Positions 9,829-24,010 of a stretch of 64,000 nucleotides of DNA are shown piece by piece. Numbering within the stretch: the first letter of the stretch is position 1; every line of letters starts with the position of its first letter. The notes beneath the pieces are model-generated. The model was not told the DNA's origin and did no database searches. It worked only from the letters and a program-made list of their open reading frames with translations. Source of the stretch: the human T2T-CHM13v2.0 reference genome, Homo sapiens; the NCBI RefSeq assembly GCF_009914755.1, contig NC_060933.1, one strand, 5' to 3'. Made by a program: the position numbers and the translations under genes.

Positions 9829-11949
9829 TTTTTGTTTATCTGGTAATCTGTTGATAGACACTTGGGTTGAATCCAGCTTTCAGATATTTTAAATAATACT
9901 GCCATGAACAAGGATGTCCAAATAGTTCTTTGAAACCCTGCTTTTAGCTCTTTTTGGTATATATGCCCCCTTCTCTTCACCCTGTTCTCACTTCCGAGTT
10001 TCACCTGCTTCCTGTCCTTAGGAACTGAGTTATCTCAGGTATACAGTCCTCCCAACTATCCCCTCTCCTGCAGTGTGTGGACCATTTCCACTCAACACTG
10101 TTGTTGCCCAGAAAGGCTCCAGTATCAGTTGTGTACCTTTTAGTATGAGCTTAAATGATATCTTCATTTAAAAGCTTAATTCCAATTGTGTAATGAAAGA
10201 CTGTAACTTGTATTAACAAACTTTCTGGAATTCCTTCTGCAAAGCCTCAGAAGTGCTAAACTGAGAAAATGGCTGAAGGTCAAGATGAAGAAATAAGGAG
10301 AATCCACGCTTCCTTGTAGAATAATGGATAAGACTTAGTGTCGAGGCTGAGTTTTCAATAGGGACTAGAATTCTTACTGGCTCACCTGATTTCATTAATT
10401 TTGGATTAATTTTAATATTCCTATTCTATGTCTATAAACTTAGGCTTGTTTCCATGGGTAGGGTCCAATTTGTAGGGCTGATAGTTCATGAAATGGATGG
10501 ACCTTGCATTATATAAACTTGGGCCTTTGGCATCCTCTTATATTTATTTTAATAATTATACAAAGCTTTTATCACATTCCACCCCCTTAGTTCTTTTAGT
10601 TTGTAACTTGTGATGTCTAAATACATCTAGGGCATGCTGGACAACTGCACACCTATAAATAGGTTGGCATTTGCTATAATAGTAAATGTGAAATAACAAC
10701 ATATGTTTAGAGCCTGGCAATTTACAGAGCACATTGACATTTATCATTTTTTATATTCCTCACATAAATTCTATAGAAATTTGGTAAATGGCCATATGAA
10801 GAGATGAATCTATATGTCTGTGGATATGTTTACAAATTTGGGAATTCTTTCCAATATACAACATGACTTGAAATGGCATAATACAGCCCTAAACCTTTGT
10901 ATATAAATTTTAAGTGCATCTAATGCTGATATGTAATATATATTATACATTACATAAGTATAATTTTACTTGTATGATTACATCTATCTCTATTACATTT
11001 GCACATTCATTCTACCTTCAGTAAGTTATACACATGCACACACCAGTCTCATGGGGTTGTGAGACCAAGTGAGATGAGAAAAGGGAAAGAGAAACACTAA
11101 GGCCACATTTTCTCTGGGTTGCTTCCTGCACATGACTGAGTGGAGCAGGGTTGCTGGAGAGGAGCCATTTTTGCCCTGTCATGGGATTCCTCTATCAGGC
11201 ATCTTTAGTGGGGGATCTCTTCATTCAAGTGTATTGTTATAGATGTTTGATGAGCTCCAAAACCAGCACCTCTGCTCCATGCCTGGAGTTCTGAGCCAAT
11301 CAAGAAATAAGAGAAAGGAGTTGGCACTTGGAGGTTAGAATCTTCTTAACTACCTTTAAAACTGATTATGATTACACTGGAGAATATGACTTATATCCAG
11401 GAGCTAGGGGACTTCATAACACTAAACTCCAGGATGATACAGACTACCTACCTAGAAACAGTCAACAGTGGCCCAGCACACCTCCCCTGCATGTGGGTAG
11501 TGATTGAGTGTCTGTATTCTCTGCGTTCAAGTTAGCTCTTGAAAGGAAGGCAAGAAGAATGGGAGGAGCTACCCAGGCTCCCTTTCCTATCCCAAACTCA
11601 TCAATCAGGTAAGGTATTCTCCCTGCGTCTTTTCATTAACATAATTTTGCTATTATTTTCTTTGTTTTGAATTGAGATCAATCCAAAGACCATATACGCT
11701 TGGATTTGATGACTGCAATCAAAGTTTAAGTCCTTGATAAAGATATAAGCTGGAAGGCAGGAAATGGTGTTATTACTTCATATGTGCTTACTAGACTAAA
11801 GACTATATACATTTTTGTTTTAGAATAAAAAATAAAACTGGAGAAATAACTTCCTTTACCCCAGATGGAACTGAGACATTTGGTATAGCACGCTGGCAAG
11901 CAGTGAAGAATTGTTTTTCTGATGAGTATATCATTTGATGTCATTAAGT

Positions 11950-13060
11950 AGCATGGCCTAAGGGGAGTGTTCTGCTGCTATCCATCACCACCAAATTATT
12001 TTCATGGAATGTCATCATAAAAAGTTATCAAAAGAAGTTACCTGAGATGTTGTGAAGCTGTGAAGCCAAACTAATATTATTTCCTCTTTCGAATAATGTT
12101 ACTATAGAGGTATTAGGGGAAGGCCACATACAAGTTATGTCTCAATTTGTCAAGGAATTCAAGAAAGCCTTTCGTGACAGGGAATTTTAGGATGGATAAC
12201 AGTGAAGTCAGGGGAATTTGTAGCTGCTTGAACAGCTATCTTCACAAGACAGAGTAATAAATCAAAGTCGATTTCAAGGAAAGTCTTTAGTCTCATGGCC
12301 ATTGAGACCTCTTGTTTTGGGTGATATTCTGGCTGGCAAATGAAGACATAAAAAGTGTACTTATCAAATCTATACATGACATTAAGTTGGGAGGTCTGGC
12401 CACTGTTGTTGATAGTAGAGTTGGGTGAGACTAGGACTATAACTCAAAGTCAAATCTAATATTTGGATTTTAAAAGTAACTGTCACCCAATTATGAAACT
12501 TTATGTTGAGGGAGAGTTAACTTGATGTTAGTTTATGTGAAAATGATCTGGCAGTCATAGAAGACCACAGAGCTTAAAAAGAACCATAATGAATCATGGC
12601 TGTAAGAAATTGCTAATACTAACCTGGATTCCATTAACAGAGACTCCAGATGAAGAGAAATGCTAACTACAGTGCATTTCCTCCCCTTTCTCCTGACAGA
12701 TCAAATCTAGTAACTTGTGCCCAGCTCTGAGCACTGCATTTTTAGTGTAGACATTGATAGACTTGGCCACGAGGATGGTGAAAGGACTGACAATTTTGCC
12801 TACCTATAGACAGTTAAGGGCCTTGGGGATGTGGCCTGGAAAATAGATATCTTAAGGGAAAGGATTTGATTTGTGTTTTTATATATTTGAAATATTGTCA
12901 TTTTGGAGAGGGAATTAAGGTCCCTTGGTAGTCTCTAGAAGAAACAGTGCTAAGAGGATGCTAGAGGGGATCAAATATAGCACAAAAAAAGGGAGATCAT
13001 CTTTCAGTTTGGCTTGTTCATACTTGGCCTGGTCGGCCTTGTGAAAGAATGCATTTAGAG
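11950..13060 (+). mobile_element. Ancient CR1/L3 LINE 3' remnant (approximate bounds)
   Basis: ccagctctgagcactgcatt...gaggatggtgaaaggact...cagttaagggccttggggatgt resembles the L3 3' consensus. Confidence 0.5.
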
Positions 13061-13355
13061 ATCTTCATGTGAAACAAAGAAACAAAGCTTGCAATGGGTA
13101 TGAGAATGAATTAGCAAGCAGAGACTGCTTCATTTATCTTCATCTGCTAGGTCCTAGCATACAGTTGGTGTCAAGAGATTTTTGCTGAATGAGGAGAATC
13201 TTCGTCAACTCCGGTAATTCTTGATTTTATGAAAAATTACCACTGAAAAGGATCAGATGAAGTTTTTTTCCTCCTAGCCAAATTCTCTAGAAAATCATAT
13301 CACCAACTAGTTCTTCGGAATTTTAACTTTTACTTAAATACTTTTACCTATTTAA

Positions 13356-13669
<314 letters not shown>

Positions 13670-13672
13670 TAA

Positions 13673-13812
13673 TTTTTTTTTTTTTAATAGACAGGGTCTC
13701 ATTCAGTTGCCCAGGCTGGAGTGCAGTGGCGTGATGATAGCTCACTGTAACCTCCAACTCCTGGGCTCAAGAGTAGCTACAACTACAGGTGCGCAGCACC
13801 ACATCCAGCTAT
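13673..13812 (-). mobile_element. AluJ right arm, split by the L1 insertion (left arm at 17222-17368)
   Basis: agacagggtctc...tgatgatagctcactgtaacctccaactcctgggctcaag, ending at ccagctattttt. Confidence 0.85.
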
Positions 13813-16800
13813 TTTTTTTATTTGTATTTGTATTTTATTTTATTTTTTTTAAAAATTATACTTTAAGTCCTGGGATACATGTGCAGAATGTGCAGGTTTG
13901 TTACATAGGTATATATGTGCCATGGTGGTTTGCTGCACCCATCAACCCATCATCTACATTAGGTATTTCTCCTAATGCTATCTCTCCCCTACCCTCCACT
14001 CCCCGATAGGTCCTGGTGTATTATGTTCCCCTCCCTGTATCCATGTGTTCTCATTGTTCAACTCCCACTTATGAGTGAGAACATGCATTGTTTGCTTTTC
14101 CATTCCTGTATTAGTTTGCTGAGAATGATGGTTTCCAGCTTCATCCATGTCACTGCAAAAAACATGAATTCATCCTTTTTTATGGCTGCATAGTATTCCA
14201 TGGTGTATATGTGCCACATTTTCTTTATCCAGTCTATCATTGATGGGCATTTGGGTTGGTTCCAAGTCTTTGCTATTGTGAATAGTGCTGCAATAAACAT
14301 ATGTGTGCATGTGTCTTTATAGTAGAATGATTTATAATCCTTTGGGTATATACCCAGTAATGGGATTGTTGGGTCAAATGGTATTTCTGGTTCTAGATCC
14401 TTGAGGAATCATCACAGTGTCTTCCACAATAGTCGAACTGATTTACACTCCCACCAACAGTGTAAAAGCATTCCTATGTCTCCACATCCTCTCCAGCATC
14501 TGTTGCTTCCTGACTTTTTAATGATCGCCATTCTAACTGGCATGAGATGGTATCTCATTGTGGTTTTGATTTGCATTTCTCTAATGGCCAGTGATGATGA
14601 GCTTTTTTTCATATGTTTGTTGGCTGCATAAATATCTTCTTTTGAGAAGTGTCTGTTCCTATCCTACACCCACTTTTTGATGGGGTTGTTTTTTTCTTGT
14701 AAATTTGTTTAAGTTCCTTGTACATTCTGGATATTATCCATTTGTCAGATGGATAGATAGCAAAAATTTTCTCCCATTCTGTAGGTTGCCTGTTCACGCT
14801 GATGATAGTTTCTTTTGCTGTGCAGAAGCTCTTTAGTTTAATGAGATCACATTTTTCAATTTTGGCTTTTGTTGCCCTTGCTTTTGGTGTTTTAGTAATG
14901 AAGTCTTTGCCCACGCCTGTATCCTGAATGGTATTACCTAGATTTTCTTCTAGTGTTTTTATGGTTTTACATCTAACATTTAAGTCTTTAATCCATCTTG
15001 AGTTAATTTTTGTATAAGGTGTAAGGAAGGGGTCCAGTTTCAGTTTTCTGCTTATGGCTAGCCAGTTTTGCCATCACCATTTATTAAAAAGGGATTTTTT
15101 TTCCCCATTGCTTGTTTTTGTCAGGTTTGTCAAAGATCAGATGGTTGTAGATGTGTGGTATTATTTCTGAGGCCTCTGTACTGTTCCATTGGTCTGTATA
15201 TCTGTTTTGGTACCAGTACCATGCTGTTTTGGTTACTGTAGCCTTGTAGTGTAGTTTGAAGTCAGGTAATGTGATGCCTCCAGCTTTGTTCTCTTTGCTT
15301 AGGATTGTCTTGGCTATACAGGCTCCTTTTTGGTTCCATATGAAATTTATAGTAGTTTTTTTCTAATTCTGTGAAGAAAGTCAATGGTACCTTGATGGGA
15401 ATAGCATTGAATCTATAAATTACTTTGGGCAGTATGACCATTTTCACAATATTGATTCTTCCTATCCATGAGGATGGAATGTTTTTCCATTTGTTTGTGT
15501 CCTCTCTGATTTCCTTGAGCAGTGGTTTGTAGTTCTCCTTGAAGAGGTCCTTCACATCCCTTGTAAGTTGGATTCCTACATATTTTACTCTCTTTGTAGC
15601 AACTGAGAATGGGAGTTCACTCATGATTTGGCTCTCTGTCTATTATTGGTGTATAGGAATGCTTGTGATTTTTGCACATAGATTTTGTATCCTGAGACTT
15701 CGCTGAAGTTGCTTATCAGCTTAAGGAGATTTTGGGTTGAGATGATAGGATTTTCTAAATATACAAACATGCCATCTGCAAACAGAGACAATTTGACTTT
15801 CTCTCTTCTTATTTGAATATCTTTCATTTCTTTCTCTTGCCTAATTGCCCTTACCAGAACTTTCAATACTAAGTTGAATAGGAGTGGTGAGAGAGGGCAT
15901 CCTTGTCTTGTGCTGGTTTTCAAAGGGAGTGCATGCAGCTTTTGCCCATGCAGTATGACATTGGCTGTGGGTTTGTCATAAATAGCTCTTATTATTTTGA
16001 GATATGTTCCAACAATACCTAGTTTATTGAGAGTTCTTAGCATGAAGCGTTGTTGAATTTGATTAAAGGCCTTTTCTGCATCTATTGAGATAATCATGTG
16101 GTTTTTGTCATTGGTTCTGTTTATGTGATGGATTACATTTATTGGTTTGCGTATGTTGAACCAGCCGGCATCCCAGGGATGAAGCTGAGTTGATTGTGGT
16201 GGATAAGCTTTTCGATGTGCCGCTGGATTTGGTTTGCCAGTATTTTATTGAGGATTTTTGCATCAATGTTCATCAGGGATATTGGCCTGAAATTTTCTTT
16301 TTTTGTTGTGTCTCTGCCAGATTTTGGTATCAGGATGATGCTGGCCTCATAAAATGAGTTAAGGAGGAGTCCCTCTTTTTCTATTGTTTGGAATAGTTTC
16401 AGAAGGAATGGTACCAGCTCTTCTTTGTACCTCTGGTAGAATTCGGCTGTAAATCCATCTGGTCCTGGGCTTTTTTTGGTTGGTAGGTTATTAATTACTG
16501 CCTCAATTTCAGGACTTGGACTTGTTATTAGTCTATTGAGGGATTCAACTTCTTCTTGTTTTAGTCTTGGGAAGGTGTATCTGTCCAGGAATTGATCAAT
16601 TTCTTCTAGATTTTCTAGTTTATTTGGGTAGAGGTGTTTATAATATTCTCTGATGGTAGATTGCATTTCTGTGGGATCAGTGGTGATATCCCCTTTATCA
16701 TTTTTTATTGTCTATTTGATTCTTCTCTCTTTTCTTCTTCTTCTTCTTCTTCTGTTTTTTTTTTTTTTTTTTTTTCTGAGACTGATCCTCTCTCTATTGC

Positions 16801-17221
16801 CAAGTTGGCATGTAGTGGCGTGATCTCAGCACACTGCAACCTCTGCCTCCTGGGTCCAAGCGATTCTCCTGCCTCAGCCTCCTGAGTAGCTGGGACTAGA
16901 GGCGCACACCATCACGCCCAGCTAATTTTTGTATTTGTAGTAGAGGCAGGGTTTCAGCATATTGGCAAGGATGGTCTCGATCTCTTGACCTCATGATCCA
17001 CCTGCCTCGGCTCCCCAAAGTGCTGGGATTACAGGCATGAGCCACCTCACCTGGCGTCTCTTTTCTTTTTATCAGTCTGGCTAGCTGTCTGTCTATTTTG
17101 TGAATCTTTTCAAAAAACCAGCTCCTGAGTTCATTGATTTTTTTTGAAGAGTTTTCTTGTCTCTATCTCCTTCAGTTCTGCTCTGATCTTAGTTATTTCT
17201 TGTCTTCTGCTAGCTTTTGAA
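13813..17221 (-). mobile_element. 5'-truncated L1PA (L1PA6/7-like) with frameshifted ORF2 reverse-transcriptase remnants
   Basis: L1 3' UTR plus ORF2 peptides [32 protein letters not shown] and SLFADGM (YADD-box region). TSD ccagctattttt on both sides. Confidence 0.95.
16738..17056 (-). mobile_element. AluS (Sc-like) nested in L1 ORF2
   Basis: ggatggtctcgatctcttgacc; TSD tctcttttctt. Confidence 0.9.
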
Positions 17222-17368
17222 TGCCCAGCTATTTTTAAAATTTTTTGTAGAGACAGGGTTTTGCTATGTTGCCCAAGGGGGCCTTAAACTCCTGCCCTCA
17301 AGTTATCCTCCTGCCTTGGCGTCCTAAAGTGCTGGGATTACGGGTGCTGAAACTATATCACCTGGTCC
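17222..17368 (-). mobile_element. AluJ left arm, continuing 13673-13812
   Basis: ttttttgtagagacagggttttgctatgttgccc...aaagtgctgggattac. Confidence 0.85.
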
Positions 17369-17370
17369 TC

Positions 17371-17748
17371 TTACAGCTTTTGACTCACCCAAAACTTAAC
17401 TACTGATAGCCTATTGATGACTGGAAACTTTACCAATAACATGAACAGTCGATTAACAAATATTCTATATGTCATATGTATTATATACTGTATTTTTACA
17501 ATAAAATAAGCCAGAGAAAAGAAAATGTTATTAAGCAAATCATAAGGAAGAGAAAATGTATTTACTATTCGTTAGGTGGGAGTGGACTATCATAAAGGTC
17601 TTCATCCTAGTTACCTTCACATTGAGTAGGCTTAGGAGGAAGGAGGAGGAAGAGGAGGGATTGGTCTGGCTGTCTTTGAGGGTGGCAGAGATGAAAGAAA
17701 ATCCTCGAACCTTAGCAGTTTAAACCCATGTTGTTCAAGGGTCAATTG
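17371..17748. mobile_element. Tigger2-family non-autonomous element (MER28/Tigger2b-like)
   Basis: tttgactcacccaaaacttaactact at one end and the terminal inverted repeat tgttgttcaagggtcaattg followed by TA at the other. Confidence 0.8.
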
Positions 17749-17793
17749 TAAAATTAAACGTACATATTAATTCTTGGGATTTATTGTCTATAT

Positions 17794-18118
17794 CAGCAGT
17801 CCCAACCCTTTTTGGCACCAGGAACCGGTTTCATGGAAGATAATATTTCCATGGACAGGTCGAGAGTGGACAGGAATTTGGGATGAAACTGTTCCACCTC
17901 AGATCATCAGGCATTAGATTCTCATTAGGAACATGCAACCTAGATCCCTTGCACGTGCACTTCACAATAGGGTTCAGGCTCCTATGAGAATCTTGTGCCA
18001 CTCCTGATGTGACCGGAGGTGAAACTAAGGCAGTAATGTTTGTTTGCCTGCTGCTCACCTCCTGCTGTGCGGCCCACAGACTGGTACTGGTCCATAGCCT
18101 GGGGGTTGGGGACCCCTG
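17794..18118. mobile_element. MER1B hAT-Charlie element
   Basis: TIRs cagcagtcccaacc and ggttggggacccctg. Perfect 8-bp TSD gtctatat at 17786-17793 and 18119-18126. Confidence 0.9.
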
Positions 18119-19108
18119 GTCTATATGATGATAAACAGTAAATCCTGAAAATGCCTTCTCTGTTTTAGCCATCTTAATAGCTAGTCAATTTTGATTTAAA
18201 ATAATATTTCTTATGGCTAAAAAACCCAAAATAGATTTAATTGAGATTATTAATTTAGATAAAGTCTGATTCTATTCAAACGTAGTGAAGTTGAACTTCA
18301 GTTCTACTTGAAGTTGTTAGGCAAATCTGTAAATCTGATTCTTTAGATTTGAATTACTGTTTTTATTTAATTCAACAAGCATGTATTAGGCACTAACTGT
18401 GAGCTGAGCAATGGTGACCTCTGAGAGGTAGCGACAATTAAGATATGGTCTTCAAACATTTATCATCTGGAAGGCTACTGTAGATTACATTCATCATTTT
18501 TCTCTCCATGTACTTTGTGAATGCAGACAGCCCTTCTGCCTCCCAGCTTTCTTAGTCTCCGGCTTGGAGACAGTCCACAGTTATTTCCTGTCATTCTGGG
18601 CATGGATTGTTTGGATGCGACTCTGTTGTCTTTTACTCTTCCTCTCTCCATGTTTCACTGTGATCAGAGCTTTTGAAATGAAATTTGTAGATTCAGGAGT
18701 TTCCTGTAGGAAAGTAGTGGGTTTAGTCTCAGTTTCCCCAGTTTGCTATAAAACTCAAGGTTGGTAACAGTGGCCATGAAATCAACAAAGGACAGTTATT
18801 CCTTAACACACACATTAAAAGAATTAAGAACCCAGTGTGACCCACTAGCCAGAAAGCACCTAAATGCTTGCTATTAATGGTGATATTGCAGGAAACAGTT
18901 GCAAAGTCCCAATGAAAAACAAACCACCAAAAACCAAGCATCTTCTTCTGAGATAATGAGTCTGAAGACCCAAGGCAGGCAGAGGGCAGGTGAGTAAGTT
19001 ATAGGGCTGTGTGACTGTTCATAGAATTCAGTTCACTTTAATGAATATTGATCGAAAACCTTCCTATGTGCCAGATGCATGCTTGTAACTGGGCCTATAT
19101 GTTATTTA

Positions 19109-19381
<273 letters not shown>

Positions 19382-19569
19382 TTATTTTTTAAAAAATAAG
19401 GCTTAATTTAAGGAGAGAGAAGGACATCAGGAATATGAGAATCTCAGCACTTAGCAGGCCTTTCAAATACTACGACATGGTCTAAGCACTAAAAGGTAGC
19501 TTCGCCCAGATCTGGCAGTCTTATTTCCTTATTGTTCCCTTGGCAGTTTGACCAAGGGAAAATACCAGA

Positions 19570-20710
19570 AACTGCTAGTTGCCTCTTCAATATCCATTCT
19601 TCCCTTCTTTAGTAACAGAGCCCTGGTTTTATTTGGACTGGCGAAGTGCCCAGGTAAAAGACTGCATTTCCCAGCCTAGTTTGCATCTAGGTGTGGCCGT
19701 AGAGATGCAGGTGGCCAGCCACGGGTGAGACTTCAGAAAATCTCTCTAAAGGGAACTGAAACTACAGGGAAGAGTTTTTTTTTTTTCTTCTTTCACCTTC
19801 TTTCTTCTTGGAATTTGGACCTCTTTTAGCCTGTTATAACCTTGAGGTTGGCAGCCATGTTCAAAGAAGGTTGGAGCAGAGAAATCAAAGGAGCTGGATG
19901 CTGGCTGACTTTGAGGATCTGCCATACCAGCCCTGGATCACTTTCCTCGGCTCATTCGTGTTTTATAGGAGATAAGAACTCTTTATGTGCATAAGCCATT
20001 GTAAACCAGAAAGTATCTGACACAGGTCTCAATCAGTTTAGAAGTTAATTTTTCCAAGGTTAAAGACGTGCCCAGGAGACAGGTCTGTGGCTTTCTCCAA
20101 AGATGATTTTGAGGTCTTCAATATTTAAAGGGGAAAGGGTGGATATTTGGGAAAGAAGAAGAAAGTTTAAAAAGTTGTGGGTAGATAAGAGGCACGTGTC
20201 TGCATTATTTTGAGTCTTTAATCAGCCATTCACCTGTGAGTGGGGGCAGGGGAATAGTTACTTATGCATTCATCTAGCTGAATGAATCTACATTTTTACA
20301 TACGGTAAAATAAACAAAGGGCAGGGAAACAATCAGATGTGCATTTGTCTTAGGTGAGCAGAGGGATGACTTCGAGTTCTGTCCTTTGTCCCGTACCTGT
20401 GAAGATAAGCTATCAATTTACATTGTCAGGGGGAAATTCTACAGAATTGTTTTAGGATAAACATCTTGGGGTCCACAAGGAATTTCCCAGTGGGAAAATT
20501 GTGAGGGAAGTATGTAGCTTTATAACTATTATTTTTTAAATTATAGCTATCTTATTTAGGAACAAAATGGGAGGCAGGTTTACATGACACAATTCCCAGC
20601 TTGACTTTTCCCTTTGGCTTAGTGATTTTTGGGGTCCTGAGATGTATTTTCCTTTCACACCATCATCACTAGGTCTCAGTTACAAACAGCTGAATGTAAT
20701 TCCTTCTGAT
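19570..20710 (+). mobile_element. MLT1 (MLT1J-like) MaLR LTR interrupted by MER4A
   Basis: tatccattcttcccttc...agactgcatttcccagcct...taagccat [MER4] ...gttacaaacagctgaatgtaattcc. Confidence 0.65.
20000..20659 (-). mobile_element. MER4A-type ERV1 solo LTR
   Basis: TG...CA ends (tgtaaaccagaaagtatctga ... ttttcctttcaca) with a 4-bp TSD ccat. Confidence 0.88.
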
Positions 20711-21219
20711 AAAGATGGACTCCTCCACTCTGATGGACAATCTGCTGAATGCGTTTGCTTTTCCTATGGTTCCTGATGACTCTTCCGTATTTTCCTTCCC
20801 CTTGTAGCTTCTCTTTACTCTTTTCTGTGTACCTTTTGGCTTCTGTCTCTACCACCTACTGTCCCCTTGTACTGTAAGTCCTTCACGCAAATCTAAGAGT
20901 GGGATCTGATGAGTCCAGTTAATTCCTGCTGCTTCTTTTGTTTTGCCTTACAGGTAAGGTACCTACAGTTGGTCTTTGTGGGGAGTCATGTGTTATAAGC
21001 CATGGCAAGCTCCCATATGCAACCTCTCACTGGAAGCCTGGATGTATCAGGCTCTTGGAATATAATAAATTCCTCTCCCAAACTAGTTTCAAAGATGAAT
21101 AAGACATGGTCCTTGCATTCTAAGAGTTCAGAGACTACTGAAGAAGAAACATCCATATGTTTAAGATTTTTGCAAAATCCATTTTCAATCATTAAGTCAG
21201 AGATTATTAAGAATAATAC

Positions 21220-21460
21220 TTAATATTTATTGTGCTCTTCATTTTTTTGGTCTCAACTTTGTATGCCTTATTTCATTTACTCCACATACAATTTAACTTG
21301 TGAAGTAGGTATGCTTGTTATCCTTGTTTTACATATAAGGACATGGTCTTAGAGACGTGAAGCAACTTGCCCACTATCATACAACTGGGAAGTGACTGAG
21401 TAGAGAAGAATCCTAGGTAATTGGGATTTCAGAGATCATACTCCTCATCACTGTCCTACA
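21220..21460 (-). mobile_element. MIR
   Basis: MIR core: ttatccttgttttacatataagg...gtgaagcaacttgccc. Confidence 0.6.
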
Positions 21461-22008
21461 CTGTCTCTCAGAGATGAAAAATGGCCCATTTTTACAGCAG
21501 TGTCTTGGTATAGGATGAAGGGCACAGGATGGGAGAGGTGAGAGATCTGAGTTCCCACCCAGTACTTCCTCCCTCTGCCCTTTTGCTTAGAGATTTTTTT
21601 CTATTTGTAAAACAAGAGAAGTAGGTGAATGGGCATTAAAGACTTGGCTGTTGAAAGGCCTGACTTTGAATCCTAATGGGACACATACTTCTCACGTGGC
21701 AGGAAGACGCAGCAGAACTGAGTTGTGGTTGCTCTGGCCAATCTATTCAGCTTATGATCCACCTGTAGCGTTAATCTATTGGAAGAGACTTTTTAAAAAG
21801 TCACTTTGCATACAATAAAGAAAAATTGTCCAGGGGGACATCTGAGGGTTGAACCAGAGGGTGTGTTTTAGGAAGCTTACCCTGATGATAAAAAGCCTAC
21901 AAAGGAAACAGGCGTGGCTCCTAGTAACTAAGAATCAGCTCTTGTCTACCTTTCACATGCCGTTTTCTCTTTTTCCCCCACTTACTTAAATAAACACTTT
22001 TGTTAATT

Positions 22009-22232
22009 CTTTTTTTTTTTTTTGAAACAGAATCTTGCTCCGTTGCCCAGGCTAGAGTGCAGTGGTGCAATCTCGGCTCACTGCAACCTCCCCCAGCCAA
22101 TTTTTGTATTTTTTGTAGAGATGGGGTTTTGCCATGTTGGCCAGGCTGGTCTTGAACTTCTGGTCTCAAGTGATCCACCCGTCTTGGCCTCCCAAAGTGC
22201 TGGGATTACAGGCGTGAGCTACCTCGCTGGCC
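22009..22232 (-). mobile_element. Alu (S/J) with an internal deletion in the right arm
   Basis: ctgcaacctc is joined directly to cccagccaatttttgt. Confidence 0.85.
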
Positions 22233-22235
22233 TGA

Positions 22236-22852
<617 letters not shown>

Positions 22853-23308
22853 TGAACACTATTCTTAATTCTTGATTAATTATTAATGTGAACCTGTTCT
22901 CTTAGATTACCTCCAGGAGACATTGTAGCAAACCAGAATACATGTGAGTTTGGAATTAAGTTCAGCCTGGGTTTAAAATTCAGCTCTTTGAGCTTATTTC
23001 ACCTCTTTGAGCTTCCTTTTTTGATGGGTACAATGGAGAAATTAACAGCACAGTGAATTGTTTTAAGGATTGAATGAGACAATATATATAAAATACGTGA
23101 CCCATAATTAAGTTTCTCTCTCTGCCTTTGACCCATGGCTTTCCCTAAAAGGCATTTCCTTCCCACTGAGAGCCAGTAGTTTCATAGCCTGTAAGAATTG
23201 AGTGGTTTTAAGGACTAATTATTACAGTGGAAAGGTTAGCCTCAAGATTCCATAGAACAGCAGCCTGCGTCATTTAACTTTTAAATATTATAATATAAAA
23301 TTATTATC

Positions 23309-23610
23309 TTTTTTATTATTTTTTGAGACAAAGTCTGGGTCTGTCGCCCAGGCTGGAGTGCAGTGGCACAATCTCGACTCATTGTAACCTCTGCCTCCCA
23401 CAGGCTTAAGCCATCCTCCCACCTCAGCCTCTCGAGTAGCTGGGATTATAGACGCGTGCCACCATGCCCAGCTAATTTTTGTATTTTTTGTAGAGACGGG
23501 GTTTCACCAGGTTGGCCAGGCTGGTCTCAAACTTTTGGCCTCTAGTGATCCACCCACCCTGGTCTCTCCCAAATTGCTGGGATTATAGGCGTGAGCCACT
23601 GCACCTGGCC
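23309..23610 (-). mobile_element. Alu (Jb/Sz-like)
   Basis: Full antisense Alu dimer. Confidence 0.9.
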
Positions 23611-23714
23611 TAATACCCTAATATATATAAAATTATTATAAAAGCTACATATAGGTAGAAATACACTATGATAAAAATTAGCTATTTTGTATCCACTTGT
23701 AATGTGGTGTGAGC

Positions 23715-24010
23715 TTTTTTTTTTTTTTTGGAGACAGAGCCTTGCTCTGTCGCCCAGGCTAGAGTGCAGTGGCATGATCTTGGCTCACTATAAACTCCGC
23801 CTCCCAGATTCAAGCGATTCTCCTGCCTCAGCCTCCTGAGTAGCTGGGATTACAGGTATGCACCACCATGCCCAGCTAATTTTTGTAATTTTGGTAGAGA
23901 CGGGGTTTCACCATGTTGGTCAGGCTGGTCTTGAACTCCTGACCTTGTGATCCGCCTGCCTCAGCCTCCCAAAGTGCTGGGATTACAGATGTGAGCCACT
24001 GCACCCGGAC
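23715..24010 (-). mobile_element. AluS (Sg/Sx-like)
   Basis: Full antisense Alu dimer with TSD-like gtgtgagcttttt / gtgtgggccttttt. Confidence 0.9.

Larger units (their letters stand above)
8820..9968 (-). mobile_element. L1M (L1MB-like) 3' end, interrupted at ~9250-9827 by a complex insertion
   Basis: aacataaaatttgccatcttaactatttt...ttcagtgacattaagtacattcacattgt, resuming at tttgtttatc...gatagacacttgggttg. Confidence 0.8.

Noticed and set aside
9449-10004. YIYTH/VCVY-rich ORFs
   Set aside because: Translation of TA/CA microsatellite sequence.
14058-16666. Reverse-transcriptase-like ORFs as an active or novel retro-system
   Set aside because: Fragmented, frameshifted, 5'-truncated L1 ORF2 with a mutated catalytic box (FADG); an ordinary dead L1PA.
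18953-18995. Possible 37-nt exon (ttctgag|...GCAG|gtgagt)
   Set aside because: Weak GAG acceptor, not a multiple of 3, and no partner exons identifiable.
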